DNA of 57,878 bases. Source: a virus (Duplodnaviria; Caudoviricetes). The position numbers and the translations under genes were made by a program. The stretch is from IMG/VR virus record IMGVR_UViG_3300043178_000021, positions 1-57,878 of that record; one strand, given 5' to 3'. Under the pieces are notes generated by a model. The model did no database searches. It saw nothing but the letters and a program-made list of their open reading frames with translations, and was not told the origin of the DNA. How positions within the stretch are numbered: position 1 is the first letter of the stretch; each line of letters opens with the position of its first letter. This document shows positions 42,297 to 51,171 of the stretch, piece by piece.

Positions 42297-44259
42297 CGCC
42301 GTCCTGACCGACGAGCAGGCCGACGCCCTGCGGGCGCTGGGCGAGACGCTGTTCAGCGAATTCGACTTGGCGCGCAAGCTGCGCCGCTCGCAAGAAGATG
42401 TATGGCTGGAGAACCTGCGCCAGTTGAAGGGCATCTACGACCCCGAGACGATGGCGCGCATCGGCCACAGGCGCTCCAAGGTGTTCATCCGCATGACGCG
42501 GGCCAAACTGAGGGCGATTGACGCGCGGGTGCGCGACCTGCTGTTTCCCGCGGGGGACAAGAACTGGGCGATCGAACCCACGCCAGTGCAAGAACTGGTC
42601 GAGGACAAGCACTTGGCTGCGGTCGCGCGGCTCATGATGGCGAGGATGCAGACTGGCGTGTTCCAGCCGCCGAGCTCCGAGGAGGCGCTGGCATACGTGC
42701 AGAAGGAGGCGGCCGACGCCTGCGCTCGCATGGAGGAGCAGATCAATGACCAATTGACCGAGCTCGAGTACGAGAGGCACGCGGTCAAGGTGCAGCACAA
42801 CGCTCACCTGTACGGGTGCGGCATCCTAAAGGGCCCACTCAGCGAGGAGATCCAGGAGTTTGTCTGGCAGCCCGAGCTGCCGGCCGGCGGCATCCCACTG
42901 GAGACGCAATACGCGCTCGTCAAGAAGACCAGGCTGCGCCCCTGGATTGGTGCGGTGAATCCCTGGCGGTTCTACGTTGACCCGCAGGCTTTGGCGCCGA
43001 GCGAGGCCGAGTATTTCTGGGAGGAGCACATCCTGACCCGGGCCGATTTGCTGCGGCTCGCCAAGCGCCGCGGCTTCAACCAGGACGCGATACGTGCGCA
43101 CCTTGCCGCCTACCCGCACGGAGACGACGAGACCCCGCAGCACTGGGAAACAGCGTTGCAGCAGATGCCGGAGGGCTACGACTACGTCGGCGCGCTGAAG
43201 AATCGCTATCGGCTGCGGGAACGCTGGGGCTACCTGTCGGGCCGCGACCTGCGCAATGCTGGCATGGACATTCCCAAGGAGATGCTCGAAGAGGCCATTG
43301 AAGCGCGCGTGTACCTGCTGGGCCGCATGCCGGTGAAGGCGAGCAAGAATCCTCTCCCTGGCGAGTATGGGGTCTATCACTTCTACTACTTCGACAAGGA
43401 CGAGACATCGTTCTGGGGTGAGGGCATCGCGGGGGTGTACGAGCACCCGCAGAAGATGGTCAACGCCTCGATACGCATGGCGCTGGACAACGGCGCAATC
43501 TCGTCGGGCCCGCAGATCGAGGCGAACCGATCGTTGCTCGACGACGAGGACGACTTCGAGAGCGTCGTGCCGTTCCGCATGTGGATTCGCACCGGCCTGG
43601 GCAAAGACGCGACCGCGCCAGCGCTGCGTGTGTACGACATCACCTCGAAGGTCAAGGACCATCTGGAGCTGCTTCGGGTGGCGAAGGACCTGGGGGACGA
43701 AATCTCCTCAGCGCCGTCCTACGCCTACGGGCAGCCGTCCAGCCAAGCGGCCAACACACTCGGCGGCCTGTCCATCCTGATGGGCAACGTCAACATCACG
43801 CTCAAGGATCTGGCTGCCGGATGGGACCGCGGCATAACCGCGCCGTTCATCAAAGCGATGTACGCCTGGAACATGGCGTTCAATCCGCGCAAGGACATCA
43901 AGGGCGACTTTCGCGTCAAACCGATCGGCGTCACGAGTCTTCTCGCCAAGGAGCTGCGCTCGCATGCGCTGGAGACGTTCCGCATGTCTACCGCGAACCC
44001 TATTGACGGGCCATTCACCAAGCGTGTCGCGCTGCTGCGCGAGACGGCCAAGGCGCTCGACCTTCCCCCCAACGAGTTGGTGGCCACCGACGACGAGATC
44101 GAGAACTACAAGACGACGGGCATCGCCTCCTGGGTGATCCCGCCGCCGCCAATGATCGGGCCGCTTCCAGGGCAAGGGATGCCTGCGGGATCGCCTCTTC
44201 CTGGCAATCCAGCGGCCCTGGAGGTCGAGCCCGCACAAAGGCAAGGTGAGCCGCTGTGA
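42223..44259 (+). CDS. Portal protein
   Basis: Follows TerL; RSKVFIRMTRAK, LYGCGILKGP, FWGEGI, TLGGLSILM motifs. Confidence 0.9.
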   Translation: MYAEKAFGEQGAAAQGSLTPPPDTSAVLTDEQADALRALGETLFSEFDLARKLRRSQEDVWLENLRQLKGIYDPETMARIGHRRSKVFIRMTRAKLRAIDARVRDLLFPAGDKNWAIEPTPVQELVEDKHLAAVARLMMARMQTGVFQPPSSEEALAYVQKEAADACARMEEQINDQLTELEYERHAVKVQHNAHLYGCGILKGPLSEEIQEFVWQPELPAGGIPLETQYALVKKTRLRPWIGAVNPWRFYVDPQALAPSEAEYFWEEHILTRADLLRLAKRRGFNQDAIRAHLAAYPHGDDETPQHWETALQQMPEGYDYVGALKNRYRLRERWGYLSGRDLRNAGMDIPKEMLEEAIEARVYLLGRMPVKASKNPLPGEYGVYHFYYFDKDETSFWGEGIAGVYEHPQKMVNASIRMALDNGAISSGPQIEANRSLLDDEDDFESVVPFRMWIRTGLGKDATAPALRVYDITSKVKDHLELLRVAKDLGDEISSAPSYAYGQPSSQAANTLGGLSILMGNVNITLKDLAAGWDRGITAPFIKAMYAWNMAFNPRKDIKGDFRVKPIGVTSLLAKELRSHALETFRMSTANPIDGPFTKRVALLRETAKALDLPPNELVATDDEIENYKTTGIASWVIPPPPMIGPLPGQGMPAGSPLPGNPAALEVEPAQRQGEPL

Positions 44260-44531
44260 AACTCCCGCGCGATCAAATGAAGATGCTGCTCGGCGAGTGC
44301 CGCGAGGCATCCAGCAGCGCGATCGGCAAGGCGTTCATCGGTTACGCCGAGCTGGTGATCGAGCACCTGAAAGAGGAACTGGTTGACCCGAGCAACGGTG
44401 AACAGGTGGATCTGACCATCAAGGGGGCGATTGCAGGGCTGCGCCGCTACATTGCGGCGGTGGCCATGAGGCCGCTCACAGACGAACAAAGGCAGCAGGC
44501 GCACGTCATTGACGGCGCCTACAACCCGTAA
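44256..44531 (+). CDS. Small conserved head-module protein
   Basis: Between portal and scaffold; KGAIAGLR. Confidence 0.7.
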   Translation: MKLPRDQMKMLLGECREASSSAIGKAFIGYAELVIEHLKEELVDPSNGEQVDLTIKGAIAGLRRYIAAVAMRPLTDEQRQQAHVIDGAYNP

Positions 44532-44606
44532 GAGTACCCCGGCCCCACACAGGGACACCGGGTAGCGGATACCGGCGACGACCCGCACAACGCAAGGAGT
44601 AACGCA

Positions 44607-45347
44607 ATGGCGGAAGCAACGAACCTTGAAGCGGAAGTCAGACAAGGCTTCCACGCAGCCCGTGATACCGCAGCCGCGACCACGGAGACGCACCAAGCTC
44701 AAGGCGCAGATCAGGACGTGGACTATCGGGCCCTGTACGAGCGCGAGCGGAAGTCTCGCATCACGCTTCAGGGCAAATACAACGCCGAAGTGCCTCGCCT
44801 GCAGGCGCAGGTGAAGGACCTGGAGAGCAAGGTGACAGCCGGCAAGCCCGCGGCGTCCACTGGGGAAGACGAAGACCTCGAGTTGTTCCGATCGGAAAGC
44901 CCGTCCATCGCCAAGGCGGTGGATCGGCTAGTCGAGAAGAAGATCGAGGAGATCATCGCGCCCATGAGGATCGCAACGGAGACTGCCAAATCGACATCGC
45001 AGGAGGCGGCCATTAAGGCGCACTTCGCCGAGATTCGAGCTGCACACCCTGATTTTCAGTCGGTGGTGAATTCCGGTCAGTTCGCCTCGTGGATCGCAAA
45101 GCTGCCGGACAACGAGCGCGAGGGCGCGGAGCAAACGCTCGACCGGGGTAGCTCGGCCGATGTAATCGGCCTGCTGGATCGGTTCGCGCGGCGCGGCGCG
45201 CCCAAGCAGACCAACAACCAGGTAGACGAAACCATCGCCGTCACAGGGCGCGGCGCGCCGATCAATGCCGGCGCTACCTCGGCCGACATGGGGGCGCAGG
45301 ATTTCTCTGCCGGGTTCAACGCGAAACAGCGAGGAACTAGGAAATGA
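44607..45347 (+). CDS. Capsid scaffolding protein
   Basis: LQGKYNAEVPRL, IRAAHPDF...FASWI; precedes the MCP. Confidence 0.8.
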   Translation: MAEATNLEAEVRQGFHAARDTAAATTETHQAQGADQDVDYRALYERERKSRITLQGKYNAEVPRLQAQVKDLESKVTAGKPAASTGEDEDLELFRSESPSIAKAVDRLVEKKIEEIIAPMRIATETAKSTSQEAAIKAHFAEIRAAHPDFQSVVNSGQFASWIAKLPDNEREGAEQTLDRGSSADVIGLLDRFARRGAPKQTNNQVDETIAVTGRGAPINAGATSADMGAQDFSAGFNAKQRGTRK

Positions 45348-46327
45348 TCAATTTGTATGGGGACATCTCTCCGCGAACTGCGGGATATGCCTCCAGAGAC
45401 TTGCTCGAACGCCAGCAGCCGTACCTGGTGCTGGAGAAGTTCGGGCAGGGCAAGCCTTTGCCCAAGCGCATGACGAAGATGATGATCTTCCGTCGCTACG
45501 AGCCTCTGGACAGCACGCCCAATGCTCTGCAGGAAGGAGTCACGCCCGCAAGCAAGTCGCTGCGCAAGACCGATGTTCCGGTCGTGCTGCAGCAGTACGG
45601 TGACCGCGTTACCATCACAGACGTGATCCTCGACACACACGAGGACCCCGTACTTCAGGAGTCGGTGGACATGATGTCGGAGCAGTCCGCTCAGATGATC
45701 GAGCGGGTTCGCTTCTACGCGCTGCGCGCCGGCACCAACGTGTTCTACGCCAACGGCGCAAGCCGCTCGGCGGTCAACACTGTCATCTCGACCTCGCTGC
45801 AACGGCGGATCGTTCGCGCGCTGAAGCGCCAGAACGCGCGCAAGGTGACCAGCATCATCGGCCCGAGCGCGAACTACGGAACCGAGCCCGTTGCACCTTC
45901 TATGGTCGGTCTGGCGCATCCCGACCTGGAAGGCGACATCCGCAACATGGCCGGCTTCGTTCCCACGGAGAAGTACGCGAACGTGACTCCCTGGGAGAAC
46001 GAGATCGGCAAGGTGGAGGAAGTGCGCTACCTGTGGTCAACCATCTTCGAGAGCTGGCTGGATGCGGGCGGTTCCGCCGGTTCGACGGTCATCTCGAACG
46101 GCGGTTCGGCTGCGGATGTATACCCGATCCTCTACATTGCCAAGGATGCCTACGGCATCGTGCCCCTCAAGGGCGAGGAGGCCATCACTCCGATGGTCGT
46201 CAATCCGAAGCCTTCGGACTCCGACCCAATGGCGCAGCGCGGGCACGTGGCTTGGAAGTCGATGCAAGCTGCCGTCATCCTGCAGGACCTGTGGATGGTG
46301 CGCGCTGAAGTCGCGGCATCGATCTGA
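45344..46327 (+). CDS. Major capsid protein (N4-gp56 family)
   Basis: YGDISPRTA, LEKFGQ.KPLP, FRRY, EIGKVEEVRY, SDPMAQRG.VAWK. Confidence 0.93.
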   Translation: MINLYGDISPRTAGYASRDLLERQQPYLVLEKFGQGKPLPKRMTKMMIFRRYEPLDSTPNALQEGVTPASKSLRKTDVPVVLQQYGDRVTITDVILDTHEDPVLQESVDMMSEQSAQMIERVRFYALRAGTNVFYANGASRSAVNTVISTSLQRRIVRALKRQNARKVTSIIGPSANYGTEPVAPSMVGLAHPDLEGDIRNMAGFVPTEKYANVTPWENEIGKVEEVRYLWSTIFESWLDAGGSAGSTVISNGGSAADVYPILYIAKDAYGIVPLKGEEAITPMVVNPKPSDSDPMAQRGHVAWKSMQAAVILQDLWMVRAEVAASI

Positions 46328-46344
46328 CCGGAGAGGAGACACAC

Positions 46345-47064
46345 ATGATTCCCGGACGAGACCTTACCGACCTGAATTGGCGCTCAGGCTTGCTCAATCA
46401 GGTGTTCAGCAAGGGCACGCTGGCGATCACTTCTACCGCCGCAACCACGTTCAAGACGGGTGCGGCGCTGGAGTATTCGATCGACGGCGTGTCGTACAGC
46501 AAAGCGGCTGGCACGTTTTCGTTCGCGCCGTCTGCCGCATTGGAGACTCAACCCGCCGGCCAGTCGCGGTACTACACCGTGGAACTGGACGCTGCGGGCA
46601 ACGTCACCGTCAAGCAAGGTGCTGCCAACGGTTCGCTGCCCGTTGCTGGGTCGGGGTACGACAACAGCAAGACCTATCGGCCGCTTACCGGCGTGATCAC
46701 TGGTGTGACCAAGGCATTCCCGCCAGTCGTCACCTGCACTTCGCACGGCCTCCAGACTGGAGACTGGATTCGCATTGACGGCGTGGGGGGGATGGGCGAT
46801 CTCAACAACCAGATTTACCAAGTCAAGCGCACCGGTGCCAACGACTTCTCGCTGGTCGGCGTGGATGCCACGAAGTTCTCGGGCACCTACACGTCCGGCG
46901 GTACGTGGCAGGAAGTGCGTAAGGCTCGTGTTGCTGCCGGAGCCATCCGCATCGACACCGGGACGGCATCGTTCGTACCCGGTACGACTGCGCTGGACGC
47001 CGCCGGCATCACGACTACCTACTTCGACTTGGCCGGTCCGGTGCCAAGCGCCGCCTACCCGTAA
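46345..47064 (+). CDS. Capsid decoration-like protein with an inserted E1 FCCH-like domain
   Basis: ITGVTKAFPPVVTCTSHGLQTGDWIRIDGVGGM..LN...YTSGGT. Confidence 0.75.
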   Translation: MIPGRDLTDLNWRSGLLNQVFSKGTLAITSTAATTFKTGAALEYSIDGVSYSKAAGTFSFAPSAALETQPAGQSRYYTVELDAAGNVTVKQGAANGSLPVAGSGYDNSKTYRPLTGVITGVTKAFPPVVTCTSHGLQTGDWIRIDGVGGMGDLNNQIYQVKRTGANDFSLVGVDATKFSGTYTSGGTWQEVRKARVAAGAIRIDTGTASFVPGTTALDAAGITTTYFDLAGPVPSAAYP

Positions 47065-47143
47065 CCGCAAGCCGGCTGCGTGAGACACGTCGCCGTGGGA
47101 GGAGGGGCCTGACCGCCCCTTCTCCAACACCAAGGAGAAGCAG

Positions 47144-47353
47144 ATGGCCAGCGTCAAGGAAAGACTCAACGCCTATTTCACCAGCAACAACCAGAACGAC
47201 CTGCGGAAGTTGTTCGAGGACGTGGCAACCGACCTCGCAACGCTCAAGACCAAGCTGGAGAGCACTCAAACCAAGCTCGACGCGGATGCGGGCGTCACCG
47301 ACACCAACTACGCATCGCTCGGAGCGGTTGGCACGCTCCTCACTCAGCAGTAA
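47144..47353 (+). CDS. Small virion coiled-coil protein
   Basis: KLDADAGVTDTNY motif; SD AAGGAG. Confidence 0.75.
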   Translation: MASVKERLNAYFTSNNQNDLRKLFEDVATDLATLKTKLESTQTKLDADAGVTDTNYASLGAVGTLLTQQ

Positions 47354-47363
47354 GAGGGCCCCC

Positions 47364-47891
47364 ATGAACCTGAAGCAAATGAAGAAGGAGGAACTTCTGG
47401 CCGCCGCCCAGGAGGCCGGCCTAAATGTTCCTCGGGATACCGCGACCATTACCAGAGAGGAGTTGATCGAGCTCCTGCTGGCCGATGCGGAGGACGCGGT
47501 GAACAACGACCAAAACACGAACGTGCGCGTTCTGAGCAAGCTCGAGCAGCTCGTGGACCTGCTGTCCGCAGAGAAGTACGGCAGACCGGTCGGCGATCTG
47601 GCGGGCTTCGTGCCACCGGAGGACTTGTCGCACTATCCCAAGGTGCCGATCATCATCTACTCCAACGAGAGCTCCTTCGGGAAGTTTCCTGTCACCCTGT
47701 CGTGCAACGGCAAGACGTGGAACGTGCCGCGCGATCAGCGCGTTGAGGTGCCAGCCCCGCTGGTGGAGATCCTGCGCAATGCCGTGACCAAGACCTTCGA
47801 GCAGTCTGGCGTGAACGAGGAGGATGGAACGATCATCTGGAAAGAGCGCGCGGTGCCGAGGTTCCAGACGCAGATCGAAGGGCCCGCATAA
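47364..47891 (+). CDS. Conserved head-module protein
   Basis: VTLSCNGKTWNVPRDQRVEVP...EILRNA. Confidence 0.75.
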   Translation: MNLKQMKKEELLAAAQEAGLNVPRDTATITREELIELLLADAEDAVNNDQNTNVRVLSKLEQLVDLLSAEKYGRPVGDLAGFVPPEDLSHYPKVPIIIYSNESSFGKFPVTLSCNGKTWNVPRDQRVEVPAPLVEILRNAVTKTFEQSGVNEEDGTIIWKERAVPRFQTQIEGPA

Positions 47892-48224
47892 GTGGCGACT
47901 TGCCAGAGCGTGCTGGACGCGGCGCGCCTGGATCTGAACGACTCCGACACGACCAAACGCTGGCCGGACGCAGACCTGCTGCTGTTCCTGAACGACTTCA
48001 TTCAGGCCGCGTTCCAGCAGCGCCCGGACGTATTCCTCGGCAGCTTGCTTGCCGCGCCTGCGGAAGTGGTGGCTGGCGACACCTTCCCGCTTCCCCTGGC
48101 GTATCGAGCACAGGCGGTCTACTTCATCGTGTTCCGGTGCATGAAACGCGACGATCAATCTACGTTCGATGGCCAGTGGCGGCTCAATCATGATCTGTGG
48201 GTAGAAGGGATAAAGGCATCCTGA
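47892..48224 (+). CDS. Head-tail adaptor (DUF6682-like)
   Basis: ARLDLND...RWPDADLLLFLND....RPD. Confidence 0.75.
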   Translation: MATCQSVLDAARLDLNDSDTTKRWPDADLLLFLNDFIQAAFQQRPDVFLGSLLAAPAEVVAGDTFPLPLAYRAQAVYFIVFRCMKRDDQSTFDGQWRLNHDLWVEGIKAS

Positions 48225-48225
48225 C

Positions 48226-49137
48226 ATGACGCTATTGACCTCCCTCTACGATCACGTCATGCCGCATGTGCGGGCGGTACAGCAGGCGATGGTGCTGTTC
48301 GAGGCGCGCAATGCGATCAACGAGTTTCTGCGCCGCAGCCGCACCTGGAGAGTAGCCACCGCGCCAATCTCCATGAAGTACGCGACCGTGACTGGAGTCA
48401 CAAACGCCAATCCAGCCGTTGTCACCGCTGTGGCGCACGGCTTCGCGAACGGCGACGTGGTTCTCTTGGGGTCGATACGCGGGCCGCAGGAAATCCAGGG
48501 TCATCTGTGGACGATCACGCTCATCAACGTTGACAGTTTCTCGCTGAACGGATGCGACACTACCGCCCTGGCGGCGTTCTCTGGGCAGGGCCGGGCGTCG
48601 GTGCCGATCTACACGCCTGTATCGCCCATCGCGGACACCAGCATCTGCGACGTGCTGGGCATCACAAGCCCAACGGCCGCCTACGAGGACTCACTCTCGC
48701 TGTTCGGGAGCATGCCCGCGCTGGGCAACGCCTCTCTAGCGTCACCTGCAGACCTGGACAACGCCTATCCAGGATGGCGCTGCGACATAGCTGGCATTCC
48801 GATGTGGGTTCACATGCATGACGAGGAGCGTGTGCGCCTGGTTCCGGCTCCCGGTGAGGCGCTGGCTAACGCGCTGACGCTGGACGTTGCGCTCGAGCTA
48901 TCCAGCGCGGCGAGCTCGATCGACTCCGGCTTGTACCGCGCTCATCATCGAGCCTGGGCTGACGGGACCTTGCGCAACCTGTTCTCCATGAAAGAAAAGC
49001 CGTGGACGGACGGGGCACTGGCCACCTACCATGCCGAGCGGTTCGAGAATGCAGTCTACGAGGCCGCACAACGCGCTCGAAAGGGAAAGGTGAAGTCTGT
49101 CAGCGTTGCGCGCGCGGTCAGCTACGGCGGGATGTGA
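48226..49137 (+). CDS. Head-tail adaptor with an inserted FCCH-like domain
   Basis: AINEFLRRSRTWR...VTNANPAVVTAVAHGFANGD...KPWTD..LATYH. Confidence 0.75.
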   Translation: MTLLTSLYDHVMPHVRAVQQAMVLFEARNAINEFLRRSRTWRVATAPISMKYATVTGVTNANPAVVTAVAHGFANGDVVLLGSIRGPQEIQGHLWTITLINVDSFSLNGCDTTALAAFSGQGRASVPIYTPVSPIADTSICDVLGITSPTAAYEDSLSLFGSMPALGNASLASPADLDNAYPGWRCDIAGIPMWVHMHDEERVRLVPAPGEALANALTLDVALELSSAASSIDSGLYRAHHRAWADGTLRNLFSMKEKPWTDGALATYHAERFENAVYEAAQRARKGKVKSVSVARAVSYGGM

Positions 49138-49457
49138 TGGACGAAATTCCAGTAATGACGCAATGGCTCGCCGACTCCTTCCAGGGCGCAATGTGCGCTA
49201 TGGCCGCCAGTCCGGTGAAAGGGCCGCTGTTAGGCTTCGCGCTCAACCTTGGCGTGGGAGCGATCGGCGCAGGAATCGGCGCGTACACGATGATCCATGT
49301 GCTCCGTGCCGATGTTGAAGTTTTGAAGGAGGCTGTTGCGAAGATCGAGGCGAAAGTGGACGCTCAGGTGGTACGCACTCACGAGCGAGACATCGACCTG
49401 ATGAAAGCCCTGGCGGACATCGAGAAACGCAAGGCCGATCGGGTGAACCATGACTGA
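49137..49457 (+). CDS. TM plus coiled-coil protein
   Basis: Hydrophobic helix followed by heptads. Confidence 0.6.
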   Translation: MDEIPVMTQWLADSFQGAMCAMAASPVKGPLLGFALNLGVGAIGAGIGAYTMIHVLRADVEVLKEAVAKIEAKVDAQVVRTHERDIDLMKALADIEKRKADRVNHD

Positions 49458-49740
49458 GTTGGTTGACATCGAGCGGTACATCATGGACGCCGTCAGACAA
49501 AAGGCCAAGACTGAAGTGGACTTGGCGATGGCGGGAACGCAGCATCTGGCGCAAAGCGTCGGCGACAGTATCCGGTTTCCTGGCATGACTCAGCAGCAGG
49601 CTCGGGCGCGCGTGGCCGAAGCCTACAAGCTCCTCCACGAAGCCCTGGTAGACGCCCTGATTAGAGATCGAGCGCAGGCCGAAGTGGCTGACTTTCTGAG
49701 CGACTTCGAGGCGTACCGGCAGCAACTTCCGCAGACGTAA
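49450..49740 (+). CDS. Hypothetical protein
   Basis: Coupled ORF. Confidence 0.6.
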   Translation: MTELVDIERYIMDAVRQKAKTEVDLAMAGTQHLAQSVGDSIRFPGMTQQQARARVAEAYKLLHEALVDALIRDRAQAEVADFLSDFEAYRQQLPQT

Positions 49741-49749
49741 GGACGCGAC

Positions 49750-51168
49750 ATGCCAGGACTGCAGCACAAGGATTTTGGATACGGGACGATCAACAGCACG
49801 ATCGGAGCTGGCGATTCTCGGGTGGGCATGGCGGTCAACCTGTCGGCCGGGCATGGGGCGCGTTTGCCGACCATCGACGCCGCGCAAGGCGAGTTCTTCT
49901 ACGTTGACTTCATAAACAGCAGCGGCTACCGCGAGCGGTTTCTATGCACTGCGCGCACCGCAGATGCTTTGACGCTGCGCGGCGCGATGTGCGGCACCAC
50001 GGCAAAGGCGTTCGCGCCGGCGGATCGATTCGAGATCGTCATGTGCGCAGGACACCACCTGGACTATGCCGATCTATTCGGCTTGAAGCTGGTGGCGGTG
50101 GCAGGAGGAACCTCGGACGCACTGACCGCGACGGTAAAGAGCGCGATCGGCGCCCTGGTGCATGGGATGCGCCTTACGGTCATCTCTGCGGCAGCGAACA
50201 CGCTCACCAATCCGACTCTCACTGTCACCTTCGACGCAACATCCATTGGCGGAACGACCGTCGCCACTGCCGCCAAGACAATCGTCAAGGGAAACGACCT
50301 TCCTTTGTCGGTGTGGGACATCCCTGGCTCGGGCTATCCGTTGGACCTGATCTACAACTCGACCTATGGAAAGTACGTCCTCCTGAATCCGGCGCGCGGG
50401 ATCTACATCACACCGGAGCGGTCCGTGCGCGGGCTGGTCGCTGTCAACAATGCCGGCGCGCCAGCCTCGCAGATGGACATTACCTGGGACGAGGTCATCG
50501 TCCAGGACGCCAATGGGCGGACAGTCAACGTAGGCGGGTCTGGCGGGACAATCACGCTGGACATCAACGATTCGCAGTCCGGCCCGGAAGCGAACAAGCG
50601 CGACGGGACTGGGACGTTCGCGGCGTCCGCTACGATCAACGTCTTCGCCATCTACAACGGAACCACCAAGGCGGTCATTGCATCAACCGCGAGCCGCACG
50701 ACAGGGCCGGCGCTACCAACCGGATACGACTACTGGGCCTATCTGACAACGTTCGTGCTGGACGGCTCGAGCCAGTTCTACACCGTCTATTGTTACGGCG
50801 ACAAGGTGTTCTATCAGGCCAAGAAGCAGATCGCCAGCAGCCTGGCAAACACGTCGCGCACTGCCATCACAGTGACGGCATACGTGCCCACGTCAGCCAA
50901 GGAGTTCGCCATCTCCGGAACCTGCTACCTGAACACCGGCGGCACCTCGCACAACAACATCTTGAGCTTCTACGTCGTCGATTCAGCGACGATCTATGCA
51001 AGCCCGCTCCAGCAGGTGCGCGAGGGCGCTGGTGCCAACACCAGCAGCGGCGGAGCGATCTCCCTGGTCGTGCCGAACACGGGCTACTTCGGCTACGGGA
51101 ACAACAACAACGGGCAATCCGCGGCTGATCTCAGCGTGAACTGGTACTCCGTGCACAACGGCGGCTGA
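49750..51168 (+). CDS. Tail fibre protein
   Basis: GARLP...ERFLCTARTADALT.R...GTTAKAF N-terminal attachment domain; PALPTGYDY. Confidence 0.8.
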   Translation: MPGLQHKDFGYGTINSTIGAGDSRVGMAVNLSAGHGARLPTIDAAQGEFFYVDFINSSGYRERFLCTARTADALTLRGAMCGTTAKAFAPADRFEIVMCAGHHLDYADLFGLKLVAVAGGTSDALTATVKSAIGALVHGMRLTVISAAANTLTNPTLTVTFDATSIGGTTVATAAKTIVKGNDLPLSVWDIPGSGYPLDLIYNSTYGKYVLLNPARGIYITPERSVRGLVAVNNAGAPASQMDITWDEVIVQDANGRTVNVGGSGGTITLDINDSQSGPEANKRDGTGTFAASATINVFAIYNGTTKAVIASTASRTTGPALPTGYDYWAYLTTFVLDGSSQFYTVYCYGDKVFYQAKKQIASSLANTSRTAITVTAYVPTSAKEFAISGTCYLNTGGTSHNNILSFYVVDSATIYASPLQQVREGAGANTSSGGAISLVVPNTGYFGYGNNNNGQSAADLSVNWYSVHNGG

Positions 51169-51171
51169 CAG

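Noticed and set aside
47098-47125. GC hairpin after the decoration gene as a terminator
   Set aside because: No U-tract follows; it may be a stabilising stem, but support is insufficient
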